Positions 30,940 through 42,480 of a stretch of 64,000 nucleotides of DNA are shown here, in pieces; within the stretch, counting starts at the first letter, position 1, and each line of letters begins with the position of its first letter. The position numbers and the translations under genes were made by a program. Source of the stretch: an uncultured delta proteobacterium. Its GTDB lineage: Bacteria > Desulfobacterota > Binatia > Binatales > Binataceae. Location of the stretch: contig CAWFDW010000005.1 in the NCBI GenBank assembly GCA_963814715.1, positions 608,864 to 672,863 of the forward strand, read 5' to 3'. A model generated the notes under the pieces. That model was not told the origin of the DNA and did no database searches. It was given only the letters and a program-made list of their open reading frames with translations.

Positions 30940-33688
30940 CTACACGTCCTTGAACGCGACCTTCTTCTGCGATGCCTCAATCGCCGCCTGCGCCGCCGCC
31001 AGCCGCGCGACCGGAATCCGGTACGGCGAGCACGACACGTAGTCCAGCCCCAGCCGATGGCACAGCTTGACGCTCGCCGGATCCCCGCCATGCTCGCCGC
31101 AAATCCCGATCTTCAATTTCTTGTTCGACCGGCGCCCGCGCTCGATTCCGATTCGCATCAACTCGCCGACGCCGACCGGATCGAGCTCCGCAAACGGATC
31201 CTTCTTATAGACTCCGGTGCGAATGTAGTCCGGCAGAAATTTCCCCGAGTCGTCGCGCGAAATCCCATACGTCATCTGCGTCAGATCGTTGGTCCCGAAT
31301 GAAAAGAATTCCGCGACCTCGCCGATCTGATCCGCGACCACGCACGCGCGCGGCACTTCGATCATCGTGCCGATCGTGTACGCCACCTTGATGCCGCGTT
31401 CCTTGAACACCGCGTCCGCCACTTCGCGAATCTGCGCCGCCAGGATGTCGAACTCGCGACGCTCGCCGATCAGCGGCAGCATGATTTCCGGCATCGCCTT
31501 GACGCCCTGCTTGCGCAGCTCGCACGCCGCCTCGATAATCGCGCGCGCCTGCGCCTGGTAAATCTCGGGGAAGCTGATTCCCAGCCGCGACCCGCGATGC
31601 CCCAGCATCGGATTCACTTCGAACAAACTCGCGCGCACCTGCTTCAGATGCTCGAGCGTGGTGCCGATCTTCGCCGCCAGCTCGCGCATCTCGTTGTCCG
31701 CATGCGGTAGAAATTCGTGCAGCGGCGGATCGAGCAATCGGATCGTGACCGGCAGCCCCGCCATCGCTTTCAGGATTCCGACGAAGTCCTCGCGCTGCAT
31801 CGGCAGGATCTTCGCCAGCGCGCGCCCGCGCTGCTCCGCATTCTCCGCCATGATCATTTCGCGCACCGCCGAGATTCGCTCGGGATCGAAAAACATGTGC
31901 TCGGTGCGGCGTCAGCCCGATTCCTTCGGCGCCAAAATCGCGCGCGATCTTCGCGTCGTCGGGAGTATCGGCATTCGCACGCACGCCCAGTTTGCGCACC
32001 GCGTCCGCCCACGACAGAAATTTTTTGAAGTACGACGGCATCTCGGGATCGACCGTCGGCACCCGCCCCTCGATCACTTCGCCCGCCGATCCGTCGAGCG
32101 TGATGTACTCGCCGCGGCGCACCACCGCGCCATTCGCCGACAGCGTGCCCGCGCCGTAATCGATCTCCAGCGCCGACACTCCCGCCACGCACGACTTGCC
32201 CATCCCGCGCGCGACCACCGCCGCATGACTCGTCATCCCGCCGCGCGCCGTGAGGATTCCTTCCGCCACCTGCATCCCCTGGATATCTTCCGGCGACGTC
32301 TCGACGCGCACCAGAATCACTTTGCGCCCTGCTTCCGCGACCGCGACCGCTTCGTCCGCCGAGAACACCACTTCGCCGTTGACCGCACCCGGCGACGCCG
32401 GCAGTCCGCGCGCGATCACGTGCTTCTTGCTCGACGGATCCAGCCGCGGATGCAAAAATTGCTCGAGCTGTTCCGGCTCGACGCGCTTCAGCGCGGTCTT
32501 GCGATCGATCAGCTTCTCGTCGGCCATATCGACCGCGATTCGCACCGCCGCCTGCGCCGTCCGCTTGCCGGTGCGCGTCTGCAGCATGAACAAGCGATTT
32601 CGCTCGATCGTAAATTCCATGTCCTGCGTATCGCGAAAATGCTTTTCCAGCTGCGCCGCGATTTTCAGGAACTGTTTGAAAACGTCGGGGAAGCTTTCTT
32701 CGAGCGTCGAGTAATGCGCCGCGCGCTCAGCTTCGCTGATCCCCGCGCGCTTGGCCCATTCACGCCCCGCCTTCACGCTGATCTGCCGCCCCGTGCGGAT
32801 TCCCGCGACCACGTCCTCGCCCTGCGCGTTGGGCAGAAACTCGCCGTAGATTCCCTTCTCGCCGGTGCCCGGATCGCGCGTGAACGCGACGCCGGTCGCG
32901 CAATCGTCGCCGAGATTTCCGAACACCATCGATTGCACCGTCACCGCGGTGCCCCAGTCGCCGGGGATATTGTTGATGCGCCGATACGTGATCGCGCGAT
33001 CGTTATGCCACGAGTCGAACACCGCGCCCACTGCCATCCACAGTTGCTCGCGCGGGTCCTGCGGGATGTCGCGGCCGACGCGCGATCGAATCAGCGCGCG
33101 GAACTCGCCGACCAGTTCCCGCAAATCATCGACGTTCAGATCGGTATCGTTCTCGACCCCGCGCGTCGCTTTTTTGTGTTCGATAATCTGCTCGAACGGA
33201 TCGGGATCGTTCTTGTTCTCCGGCTTCAGCTTGAGCACGACGTCGCCGAACATCTGGCAGAACCGCCGGTACGAGTCCCACGCAAACCGCGGATTGCCGC
33301 TGATCTCTTCGAGGCCCTTCACCGTCTCGTCGGTGAGCCCGAGGTTCAGCACCGTGTCCATCATCCCCGGCATCGACACGCGCGCGCCCGATCGCACCGA
33401 CACCAGCAGCGGATTCTTCGCGTCGCCGAATTTGCGTCCGAGCGCCTTCTCGACCCGCGCAACGCTCTTCGCGACGCCGTCAGTCAGCCCCTTCGGATAT
33501 TTGTGTCCGTGATCGTAAAAGTAGTTGCAGACCTGCGTCGAGATCGTAAATCCCGGCGGCACCGGCAGCTTGAGCCGCGCCATCTCGGCGAGGTTCGCGC
33601 CCTTGCCCCCCAGCAGATTGCGCATCTCGGCGCGTCCTTCCGCCACGCCCGCACCGAAAAAGTAGATCTCAGGATGAATGCGACCCAT
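30940..33688 (-). CDS. ppdK: Pyruvate, phosphate dikinase; one frameshift near 31908
   Basis: MGRIHPEIYFFGAGVAEGRAEMRNLLGGKGANLAEMARLKLPVPPGFTIST...GGMTSHAAVVARGMGKSCVAG...GAEGIGL, then a shift to ...TEHMFFDPERI...SFGTNDLTQMTYG...ICGEHGGDP... Confidence 0.95.
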
Positions 33689-33747
33689 GTGAACCCGTTG
33701 CTCCCCTCACCGCATCGAAAAATCGTACGGCGAAAATTTCAGAATTG

Positions 33748-35091
33748 TTAGCGCGTCCAGCCGATTCGCTCGGTGATCACTTCGATCAGCCGCGCAGCAG
33801 GCACGCGCTCCTGCGTCATCGCATCGCGATCGCGGATCGTCACCGTATCGTCTTCCATCGTCTGATGATCGATCGTCACGCCATACGGCGTCCCGACTTC
33901 ATCCTGACGCCGATAGCGCCGGCCAATCGATCCCGCCTGATCGTAGGCGACCGTGAAATGCCGCTTCAGCGCGTCGCGAATCGCGATCGCTTTCTCAGGC
34001 TGCCCCAGTTTGCGCAGCAGCGGATACACCGCAACCTTGATCGGCGCGAGCCGCGGATCCAGCCGCAGCACGATTCGCTCCTCGTTCTCGACCACGTCCT
34101 CATCGTAAGCGTCGAGCATGAACGCCAGCATCGCGCGATCGACGCCCAGCGCCGGCTCGATCACCCACGGCCGAAACCGCGTCTTGGTATCCTCGTCGAA
34201 GTACGTCAGGTCCTTGCCGCTGAACTTCGCATGCTGATCGAGATCGAAGCTGCCGCGCTTGGCGACGCCTTCCAGCTCGCCCCATCCGAACGGATACAGG
34301 AACTCGATATCGGTGGTGCCGCTCGAATAATGCGACAACTCATCGGTCGCATGCTCGCGCTTGCGCAGATGGTCCGTCTTGATTCCGAACTTGACGTGCC
34401 AGTTGAATCGAAAATCGACCCAGTACCGATACCACTTCTCTTCTTCCGCCTGATCCGGACGAACGAAGAACTCCATCTCCATCTGCTCGAACTCGCGCGT
34501 GCGGAAAATAAAATTCTCGGTGGTGATTTCGTTGCGGAACGATTTGCCCTGCTGCGCCACGCCGAACGGCAGCTTGACCCGCTGCGTATCCACGACGTTC
34601 TCGAAGTTCGAAAAAATTCCCTGCGCCGTTTCCGGCCGCAGATACACCACGGAAGCAGTCTCTTCGACCGGCCCCATGAACGTCTTGAACATCAGGTTGA
34701 AATTGCGCGCCTCGGTCAGTTGGCCGCCGCACTCGGGGCATTTGTCGCCCTGGATCTTGTCGGCGCGAAACCGATTCTTGCACGCTTTGCAATCGACCAT
34801 CGGGTCCGTGAAATTCTGCAGATGCCCCGACGCTTCCCACGTTCGCGGATGCTGAAAAATCGCCGAGTCCAGCCCCAGCACGTCGCTGCGATACTGGACC
34901 ATCTCGCGCCACCACGCTTCTTTGACGTTGCGCTTCAGCTCGACGCCGAGCGGCCCGTAGTCGAACGTGGATCCAAGTCCCCCGTAGATATCGCTCGTCG
35001 GGAAAACAATCCCGCGCCGCTTGCACAGGTTCACAATTTTTTCCATCGTGACCGCGCGTTTAGTCGCGGGCACTTCGTTTTCCGCAGACAA
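33748..35091 (-). CDS. glyQS: Glycine--tRNA ligase (single-chain alpha2 type)
   Basis: ...IVFPTSDIYGGLGSTFDYGPLGVELKRNVKEAWW...YLRPETAQGIF...FRNEITTENFIFRTREFEQMEMEFF...EPALGVDR...IGRRYRRQDEVGTPYGVTID... Intact 447-aa ORF. Confidence 0.95.
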   Translation of the reverse strand: MSAENEVPATKRAVTMEKIVNLCKRRGIVFPTSDIYGGLGSTFDYGPLGVELKRNVKEAWWREMVQYRSDVLGLDSAIFQHPRTWEASGHLQNFTDPMVDCKACKNRFRADKIQGDKCPECGGQLTEARNFNLMFKTFMGPVEETASVVYLRPETAQGIFSNFENVVDTQRVKLPFGVAQQGKSFRNEITTENFIFRTREFEQMEMEFFVRPDQAEEEKWYRYWVDFRFNWHVKFGIKTDHLRKREHATDELSHYSSGTTDIEFLYPFGWGELEGVAKRGSFDLDQHAKFSGKDLTYFDEDTKTRFRPWVIEPALGVDRAMLAFMLDAYDEDVVENEERIVLRLDPRLAPIKVAVYPLLRKLGQPEKAIAIRDALKRHFTVAYDQAGSIGRRYRRQDEVGTPYGVTIDHQTMEDDTVTIRDRDAMTQERVPAARLIEVITERIGWTR

Positions 35092-35131
35092 AAGATTTCT
35101 CCTGAATCGCTCGCTCGTGGCAGCCCGGCGC

Positions 35132-35671
35132 TCAAGCCAGGCTGATTATTTCGGCGGAGACTTCGCCGCCATTTCCGATTTCCAGTATCGCGACCGTTCC
35201 CGGCACTCCAACCAGATTGCGCGGCAGCGTCGCGCTGCCCGGATTCACTACCATCGTCGCGCCGAATCGCGTCACGCCCTCGACGTGACTGTGTCCCTGC
35301 ACGACCACGTCGACCGGCCCGCCGAATTGCGTATTCATCGCGCGCGCGAATACTTCGTCGGACGTTTCGTCAGGCGTCGGAATCGCATGCACCAGCCCGA
35401 TCCGCACGCCCGCTATCTCGACCAGATGCGCCTCGCGCACCCGCTCGTCTTCAAGGTCGAGCCGATAGCGATGCCCATCCAGTCCTTCATCGCCATTGCC
35501 CAGCGCCGCGATCACCGGCGCAATCGCCGACAACTCGTCGAGCACGCGATTCACATACACGTCGCCCGCATGCATCACGAGATCGATCCCCGCGAACACC
35601 TCGAAGACCTTCTCCGGAAGATGCTCGCAGGCTTCGGGAATATGAGTGTCAGAGATCAGGCCGATTCGCAT
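35132..35671 (-). CDS. YfcE/MJ0936-family metallophosphoesterase
   Basis: MRIGLISDTHIPE...VMHAGDV...ALGNGDE...VVQGHSHV...VNPGS... The ORF track's upstream start (35785) adds an unlikely extension. Confidence 0.8.
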   Translation of the reverse strand: MRIGLISDTHIPEACEHLPEKVFEVFAGIDLVMHAGDVYVNRVLDELSAIAPVIAALGNGDEGLDGHRYRLDLEDERVREAHLVEIAGVRIGLVHAIPTPDETSDEVFARAMNTQFGGPVDVVVQGHSHVEGVTRFGATMVVNPGSATLPRNLVGVPGTVAILEIGNGGEVSAEIISLA

Positions 35672-35822
35672 TACGATTTGGTCCACCAGGCGCGAATCGT
35701 CAACCCTATCACGGCCCCCAACCCCTCGCAATTTTAGGATTCGGCTCTGTGAGTGGCTCCTCCGAACGTGTGGCCGTTTTCCCAAAGCTCATGCTAGAAC
35801 CCGCCTTAGAGGAGAACTCTCG

Positions 35823-36158
35823 ATGCGAATTTCGACCGTCGTCATCTGCGCTTTCGTGATCGGAGGCGCACTCGCGCTCGCCGGATGCGGTCATAAGCTG
35901 GTCGCGCACAACGGCGAGAGCACCGTCGCCGTCTATCCCGACGAGGACACCTTCGTCAAATTGACCGATCTCAAAAAACAAGGCGGCGTCGTCGGCGGAA
36001 TGATCGGAGGCCTCGGCGAAGGACTGGCCGCCAAGCAGGTCGACAACAACACTCCCGTCCGGGTGATCAACAGCGACGACCGCGGCGCTCAAATCGAAGT
36101 CCTCGACGGCGCCTTCAAAGGCATGCAAGGCTTCGTCCCCAAAGACAACGTCCACTAA
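35823..36158 (+). CDS. Small lipoprotein, unknown function
   Basis: AGAGGAG RBS; MRISTVVICAFVIGGALALAGC|GHK contains a lipobox. Confidence 0.65.
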   Translation: MRISTVVICAFVIGGALALAGCGHKLVAHNGESTVAVYPDEDTFVKLTDLKKQGGVVGGMIGGLGEGLAAKQVDNNTPVRVINSDDRGAQIEVLDGAFKGMQGFVPKDNVH

Positions 36159-36222
36159 ACCCCAATATCCGCAAAATAATGGGCGAGGTAATTCCCAGCA
36201 GCCTCCTCCCCAAAAAGAACCT

Positions 36223-36308
36223 TAGAGCAAAATGGCGTCCTCGCCATTTTGTGATTTCTTATCACTGGGTGCAGGGGTCACCCCTGCCGCCCGCCGCGCA
36301 GGCGATGG
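36223..36308 (+). repeat. R1 dispersed repeat, copy C
   Basis: tagagcaaaatggcgtcctcgccattttg...cactgggtgcaggggtcacccctgccgcccgccgcgcaggcgatgg. Confidence 0.85.
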
Positions 36309-36415
36309 TTCCCGGTTCTTCGCGTTTCGTTCTCCTGAACTAACCAACGTTTCACGTGAAACCCTTTCGCCTTAGCACCCAGCATTCAAGCGCGCTTTTC
36401 GAAAACAGGCGAAGA

Positions 36416-37658
36416 TTATTTCGCCACTCGATACTCCCGCGGACTCGATCCGATGACCCCACTCTGCTCGAGTTCCGTAATTTCGTCATCCGACATCCCG
36501 AGTATCTCGCCGAAGACTTGCCGGTTGTGCTCGCCGAGCAGCGGAGCGGGAGCATCGGCATGCAGCGGAGTCTCCGGGATGCGCGCGACGGCGCCGGGAT
36601 ACAGATGCGTCCCGACGACCGCACGCTCGATCGCGACAAAATATTCGCGGCTCTGAATTTGCGGATCAGCCATCACCGCTGCCGCCGAATTCACCGGCGC
36701 AGCAAGCACGCCCACACTCGCGGAGACTGCCCAACGCAATCGTCGGCGCTCACGGAAGCAAGGGCGCGCGATAGTTCAGCGTCGAGCGCATCCTCATTGG
36801 TTTCCGATCCAACGCAGTCGCGAACCGTCTATCATCGATCCCCACGACGCTCGCGAGACGACGCCACTGCTCGTCGGTCTCGCACGCGATCGCGATCCAG
36901 TTGTCGTCGCCCGCGCATCGGTAGATTCCATGCGGCGCGTGCTCGCGATGCCGATTGCCGCGCGCCGCCGGCACTTTTCCGGTGAATTGAAAATCGAGCA
37001 TCGCGTCGGCGACAAATGGAATCAGCGACTCGACCTGCGCCAGCTCGATCAACTGACCGCGACCCGTGCGCGCACGCTCGCGCAGCGCCACCATCAGCGC
37101 GAACACGCCGTGCAACCCCGCGACCGGATCGCCGAGCGCGTTACTGAGCGTGTAATGCTGCCCGTCACCGTCGTGATATCCCGTCAGCCCCGTCACTCCC
37201 GCCATCGCCTCGACCGTGTTGCCGTATCCGCGCGCGTTGCATTCGGGACCGTCGCTGCCGAACGACGGCATCGAGATCATGATGAGCCGCGGATTGATCG
37301 CGCGTACAGCATCGTAACCGAGTCCGAGCCGATCCATCACGCCCGGACTGAAATTCTCGATCAGAATATCGGAGACCTCGATCAGCCGTTTCAGAATTTC
37401 AATTCCGCGCGCGCTCGCGAGATCGAGCGTGACGCCGCGCTTGCCGCGATTGGCGGTGTTGAAGACCGCCGCGCGCTCGATCGGCTGCATTTCGGGCGGC
37501 GCCATCGAGAGCGATCCGCGCCACCAGTCGAAGTGATGCGTGTCCTCGACCTTGATCACGTCGGCGCCCATCTCGGCGAACATCTGCCCGACCAGCGGTC
37601 CCGCCCATCCCATCGAGAGGTCGAGCACGCGAAGCTTGCCGTCGAAGATCGAGTTCAT
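36416..37658 (-). CDS. Family III CoA-transferase (CaiB/BaiF), pair 1 downstream member; frameshift near 36745
   Basis: MNSIFDGKLRVLDLSMGWAGPLVGQMFAEMGADVIKVED...NRGKRGVTLDL...ILIENFSPGVMDRLGLGYD... / ...HLYPGAVARIPETPLHADAPAPLLGEHNRQVFGEILG... Confidence 0.85.
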
Positions 37659-38858
37659 ATCGTGCCCGCTTTTTTCAGTGCCTCGATCTCACTGTCTCTC
37701 AGCCCCAAACGTCCGCCGAAGATTTCGCGATTGTGCTCGCCGAGCTGCGGCGCTGGCCGCGACGCTTCCGCGCGATGCGACGTGAGGCGCAGCGGCGTCC
37801 CCGGCACGCGAATCTTGCCGATCACTGGATCGTCGATCGTTTCGAAATAATTGCGCGCCCGCGTCTGCTCCCATTCGAGCACCTCGGCCACGCTCGGAAT
37901 CGGCACGAGCGGAATCGCGCGCCGCTGCCCTTCGCGATAGAGCCACTTGCGTTCGCGCCCGATGAAAAACGCTTCGACGATTTCGAGGATCGCGTCGTTG
38001 TTGAGCATCCGGTTGAGCGCGGTGTTGAATCGCGGATCGGAAGCAAGCTCGCGACGCCCCATCAGATCGCACAAGCTCTCGAATTGCTTGTCGGTCACGC
38101 AATGCAGACCGGCGTATCCGTCTTTGCATTTCAGCGTCACGATCAAAAACGGGCCGACCGCGAAACGCTTGCCCGCACGGCTGCGCACGATCCCGGTGTA
38201 CTGAAAGGTGACGGTCTCGTAGATCATCGTGGCGACCGTCGCTTCGAGGATCGACACGTCGATATGCTGACCATGCCCAAGTCCGAGATCGCGCGCCGCA
38301 AGCGCCTGCATCGCGGCAATCGCTCCGTACAGCGCCGCGATGTACTGCGCGAGCGAGCCCGGCGGCGTCAGCGGCTCGCGATCGGGCTCGCCGACTGGAA
38401 ACGTCCATCCGCCGCGCGCGAACAGCACCAGGTCATTCAGCTTGCCGTCGCGCTCCACTCCGTCCTGCCCGAAATTCGAAATTGAAACGACCGACAGGCG
38501 CGGGAACTTCGCGATCAGCTCGTCAGGCGCAAGACCAAGCGCGGCAAGAGTGCCGGGCGCGAAGTTTTCGATAAGAAGATCGGCGCCGTCGAGCAGCCGC
38601 GCGAGAAGTTCGCGGCCGCGCTCATGCTTGAGGTTCGATCGTGACGCCGCGCTTGTTGAGATTCAGAAACGCAAACAGCCCGCCGCGCTCCTCGACGCCC
38701 GCGCGATGCGGCCCCAGCTTGCGCCCGCCCTCGCCCGACACTGGCTCGACCTTGACGACGTCGGCGCCCATGTCCGCCAGCAACTTCGTGGCGTAGGGCC
38801 CCGCGATGAAATGCGTCAGGTCGACGACGCGAACGTCGCTGAGCGCGCGGTATCGCAT
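37655..38858 (-). CDS. Family III CoA-transferase (CaiB/BaiF), pair 1 upstream member; frameshift near 38630
   Basis: MRYRALSDVRVVDLTHFIAGPYATKLLADMGADVVKVEP...LNLNKRGVTI, then a shift to ...LIENFAPGTLAALGL... / ...GHGQHIDVSILEA...RVPGTPLRLTSHRAEASRPAPQLGEHNREIFG... 4-nt overlap with the next gene. Confidence 0.85.
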
Positions 38859-38860
38859 CG

Positions 38861-39364
38861 TTAGCGCGACCCGCGTTCGAGCGCGTCGACCATTTGCCGG
38901 TAGTTCTGCTCGGCCAACGGCATGTGCACGATTTCGAATTTCAGCCGATCGGGCCCGAGAAAATAGAAGGCGTAGTAGCCGCCCGGTCCGAACGGGAACT
39001 CGCCCGGCCCGTCGAGAATTTCCGCGCCGAGCGAACGAACCAGCGCGAACAGTTCATCAACCTGCTCGTGTCGCTGCACATTGAAAGCCACGTGATGCAG
39101 TCCCGGCTCGTAAACCTCAAACGGATGGTCCAGCTTCGCCTGCCAGACGTTGAATGCGGTGCCGTTGGACTCGTTGATATTGAAGGTGAGCCGTCCGCCG
39201 GTGCGATTGTCGTCAAAAATTCCGCCGACGGTGTAGCCGAGGAATTTCAGCATCGGCCCGAAGAACTTCATCGCCTCGGTCAGATCGCTGACGGTGATCG
39301 AGACGTGATTGATCGATCCGTTAAGATCGGGCTTCGGAATCGACGGCTTAGGTTCTGCCATCAC
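38861..39364 (-). CDS. VOC (glyoxalase/dioxygenase) family protein
   Basis: ...INHVSITVSDLTEAMKFFGPML...GLHHVAFNV...YYAFYFLGPDRLKFEIV... Intact 167 aa; it sits 2 nt upstream of the CoA-transferase pair. Confidence 0.75.
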   Translation of the reverse strand: MMAEPKPSIPKPDLNGSINHVSITVSDLTEAMKFFGPMLKFLGYTVGGIFDDNRTGGRLTFNINESNGTAFNVWQAKLDHPFEVYEPGLHHVAFNVQRHEQVDELFALVRSLGAEILDGPGEFPFGPGGYYAFYFLGPDRLKFEIVHMPLAEQNYRQMVDALERGSR

Positions 39365-39447
39365 CCGAATTCAGCGCATCGGGTCGCGCGCTGTCAAATG
39401 AATCGGTCACGCTGTACTCACGCGCGAGCGTGACGCAAACTTAAAAA

Positions 39448-40439
39448 ATGAAAACGAGACAGCTTGGCAAAAGCGGATTGACCGTGTCGGCGATCGGCCT
39501 TGGATGCATGGGCATGTCGGATTTTTACGGCCCGCGCGACGACGCGCAGTCGATGGACACTCTGGAGCGCGCGCTCGAACTCGGCGTCACGTTCTGGGAT
39601 ACGTCCGACGCTTACGGGCCGTGGCGCAACGAGGAGCTGGTCGGCAGAGCGATTCGCGGGCGTCGCGACAAATTCGTAATCGCGACCAAGTTCGGAATCG
39701 TGCGCACGCCTTCCGAGCCGACCCGGCGCGAAATCAGCGGCACGCCCCGAGTACGTGCGCTCCGCCTGCGACGCCAGTCTCAAGCGCCTCGGTATCGACA
39801 CGATCGATCTCTACTATCAGCATCGCGTCGATCCCAACACGCCGATCGAAGACACCGTCGGCGCGATGGCGGCGCTCGTTAATGCAGGTAAAGTCCGTTA
39901 CCTCGGCCTGTCGGAAGCGGCACCCGAGACGATTCGACGCGCGTGCAAGGTCCATCCGATCGCCGCGCTCCAGAATGAATACTCGCTGTGGAGCCGCGAG
40001 CCCGAAGACGGAACGCTCGCGACTTGCCGCGAGCTGGGCGTCGGAATGGTCGCGTACAGCCCGCTCGGCCGCGGGTTTCTAACCGGCCAGATTCGCAAGT
40101 TCGACGATCTCGCGCCCGACGATTTCCGGCGCTTCTCGCCACGCTTCCAGGGTGAGAACTTCGACAAGAATCTGCAGCTCGTCGCGAGTATCGAGGCGAT
40201 CGCGAAAGACAAACACTGCACGCCCGGCGCAGCTCGCGCTCGCGTGGGTGCTGGCGCAAGGCAACGACATCGTGCCGATTCCTGGTACCAAGCGGCGCCA
40301 GTATCTCGAAGAGAACGTCGGCGCGCTCGACGTCACGCTCAGCGCCGACGATCTCAAGCGCATCGACGAGGTCTCGCCGAAGGACGTCGCGGCAGGCGGT
40401 CGCTATCCCGCCGCGATGATGAGTTCGGTCAACCGTTAG
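39448..40439 (+). CDS. Aldo/keto reductase; two frameshifts (C-run 39745-39748; GG 40226-40227)
   Basis: [28 protein letters not shown]...[18 protein letters not shown]...VIATKFG / ...[28 protein letters not shown]...YLGLSEA...QNEYSLW...[14 protein letters not shown] / ...[29 protein letters not shown]... Confidence 0.9.
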
Positions 40440-40451
40440 CGTCGCGCGAAG

Positions 40452-41075
40452 CTAGACCTTCGGCACTTCCATGCCCTTCTTCACGGCCGGACGCTCACCG
40501 ACCGCGGCGATCCATCGCGCGACGTTCGGGGCCTCGCCGACCACGTCGGGCTTCACGGCTTTGATCGCGGGGAAGCCGACGACGAGCCACGGATAGGTCG
40601 CGATATCGGCAATCGAATACGCGCCCGCCATGTACTCGGTGTTCGCGAGTTGATTGTCGAGCACCTTGATCAGTCGCGCCGATTCGGTGGCATAGCGATC
40701 GATCGCGTAGTGAATCTTTTCAGGCGCCGCGTTGACGAAATGGCCCGCCTGCCCGAACATCGGACCGACATTCGCCATCTGCCAGAAGAGCCATTCGAGC
40801 ACCTTCGCGCGCCCGGGATCTTTCGCCGGCAGGAACTTGCCGGTCTTCTCCGCCAGATGCACGAGTATCGCACCTGATTCGAAAATCGAGACGCCCGCGT
40901 CGCGATCGACGATCGCGGGAATCTTGCTGTTCGGACAAATCTTCACGAACTCCGGCTTGAACTGTTCTTTCTCGCGAATGTTCACAGGATGAACCGAGTA
41001 CTCGAGCCCGCACTCCTCGAGCATGATTGCAGGCTTGCGTCCGTTAGGCGTCGTCCAGGTGTAGAGGTCGATCAT
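40452..41075 (-). CDS. Glutathione S-transferase (YfcG/Nu-class-like)
   Basis: [26 protein letters not shown]...[35 protein letters not shown]...[15 protein letters not shown]...[11 protein letters not shown]... Confidence 0.85.
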   Translation of the reverse strand: MIDLYTWTTPNGRKPAIMLEECGLEYSVHPVNIREKEQFKPEFVKICPNSKIPAIVDRDAGVSIFESGAILVHLAEKTGKFLPAKDPGRAKVLEWLFWQMANVGPMFGQAGHFVNAAPEKIHYAIDRYATESARLIKVLDNQLANTEYMAGAYSIADIATYPWLVVGFPAIKAVKPDVVGEAPNVARWIAAVGERPAVKKGMEVPKV

Positions 41076-41165
41076 AGTGGTACTTCCTTTCTGCGGAGGG
41101 TGATTACTTGGTAGGTATCACACTGCCTGATCGCAGCCCACTGCGAAATTTTCTTTTCGACCTAC

Positions 41166-41453
41166 CTAGCGCGGCTTCTTTGTTATTTTCCCGTTGGTCG
41201 TTCTAGCGAGGCCTCTGCCCTGATGTGACGCATTCTCATGCTGGCGCATTTCACGCACGATATCGACGATTTCCTTCCTGGACAGGTCGGTGTGGATCCC
41301 CGCTACGTCGAGCGGCGAGCGACGCGGACGGTCTGGCTGAATGATAAATACCTGACCGTCGCGGCGTCTGACTCGCACCGCGCCTTCTCGGCGCGCCCGC
41401 TCAAGAATCGCGGCGAACTTCTGTCGAGCTTCCGAAAACGTAAAGACTGTCAC
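41166..41453 (-). CDS. Phd/YefM-like type II antitoxin
   Basis: MTVFTFSEARQKFAAILERARREGAVRVRRRDGQVFIIQP... is a typical Phd/YefM N-terminal fold. The start overlaps the PIN-gene stop by 4 nt. Confidence 0.65.
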   Translation of the reverse strand: MTVFTFSEARQKFAAILERARREGAVRVRRRDGQVFIIQPDRPRRSPLDVAGIHTDLSRKEIVDIVREMRQHENASHQGRGLARTTNGKITKKPR

Positions 41454-41848
41454 TGAGGTATCTCCATTGTTCTTATTCCCGCGTGAGTTGCAGCAGCGAG
41501 TAGACCTTGATCGAGGGAAAGTACGCGGCAGCGATGTTGCAGAGCGCAGACGAGAACGTAGGCATCGTAAGCGTAGAGACCAAGGTCGTGCGCCACTTCG
41601 AGCGTCCGTTCGAGCTCCACGTCCGAGAAGCGAATCGGGATCTGCCGATATGATGAGAGCGCGCGCCGAGCGGCACGCAAGGTAATTCGCCGGCGCTTAA
41701 ACATTGCGGAAAATGCATTTCCAATTTCCCAGTGCACCGACATCGGCGCGATCAGCTCTGCGGCGGCGGTAGCTCTTATCAGGCCCGCACGTTGCGGCTC
41801 GCGCACCAGGACCGCAATCACTACCGAGGTGTCTACAACAACCTCCAT
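41450..41848 (-). CDS. vapC: PIN-domain toxin (VapC-like ribonuclease)
   Basis: MEVVVDTSVVIAVL...(D5)...LIAPMSVHWEIGNAF...YAYDAYVLVCAL...VLSLDQGL... The conserved acidic residues of PIN domains are present. Confidence 0.8.
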   Translation of the reverse strand: MEVVVDTSVVIAVLVREPQRAGLIRATAAAELIAPMSVHWEIGNAFSAMFKRRRITLRAARRALSSYRQIPIRFSDVELERTLEVAHDLGLYAYDAYVLVCALQHRCRVLSLDQGLLAAATHAGIRTMEIPQ

Positions 41849-41995
41849 ACTTGTTCAATTGTACAACAGAGGTCCTGAGGAGTGCCATCGTTCCTCAATG
41901 AGAAGTTTTCGCTTACATCTGGACGGCACCGAGGCCGCTCTGGCGTCGTACTCGCAAGGAAAGCGAAACTAACTCCGATGGATTCTGCGCAATCG

Positions 41996-42427
<432 letters not shown>

Positions 42428-42480
42428 TCAAGACCCCCGTTTCGCGCGCACCCTGCGACGGTTCCCCTTTTACCGGGCGC

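Noticed and set aside
31658-35145. Very long plus-strand ORFs (31658..33751, 697 aa; 33745..35145, 466 aa)
   Set aside because: They are antisense to ppdK and glyQS, both of which have unmistakable conserved motifs. Their translations are Arg/His/Asp-rich with no domains.
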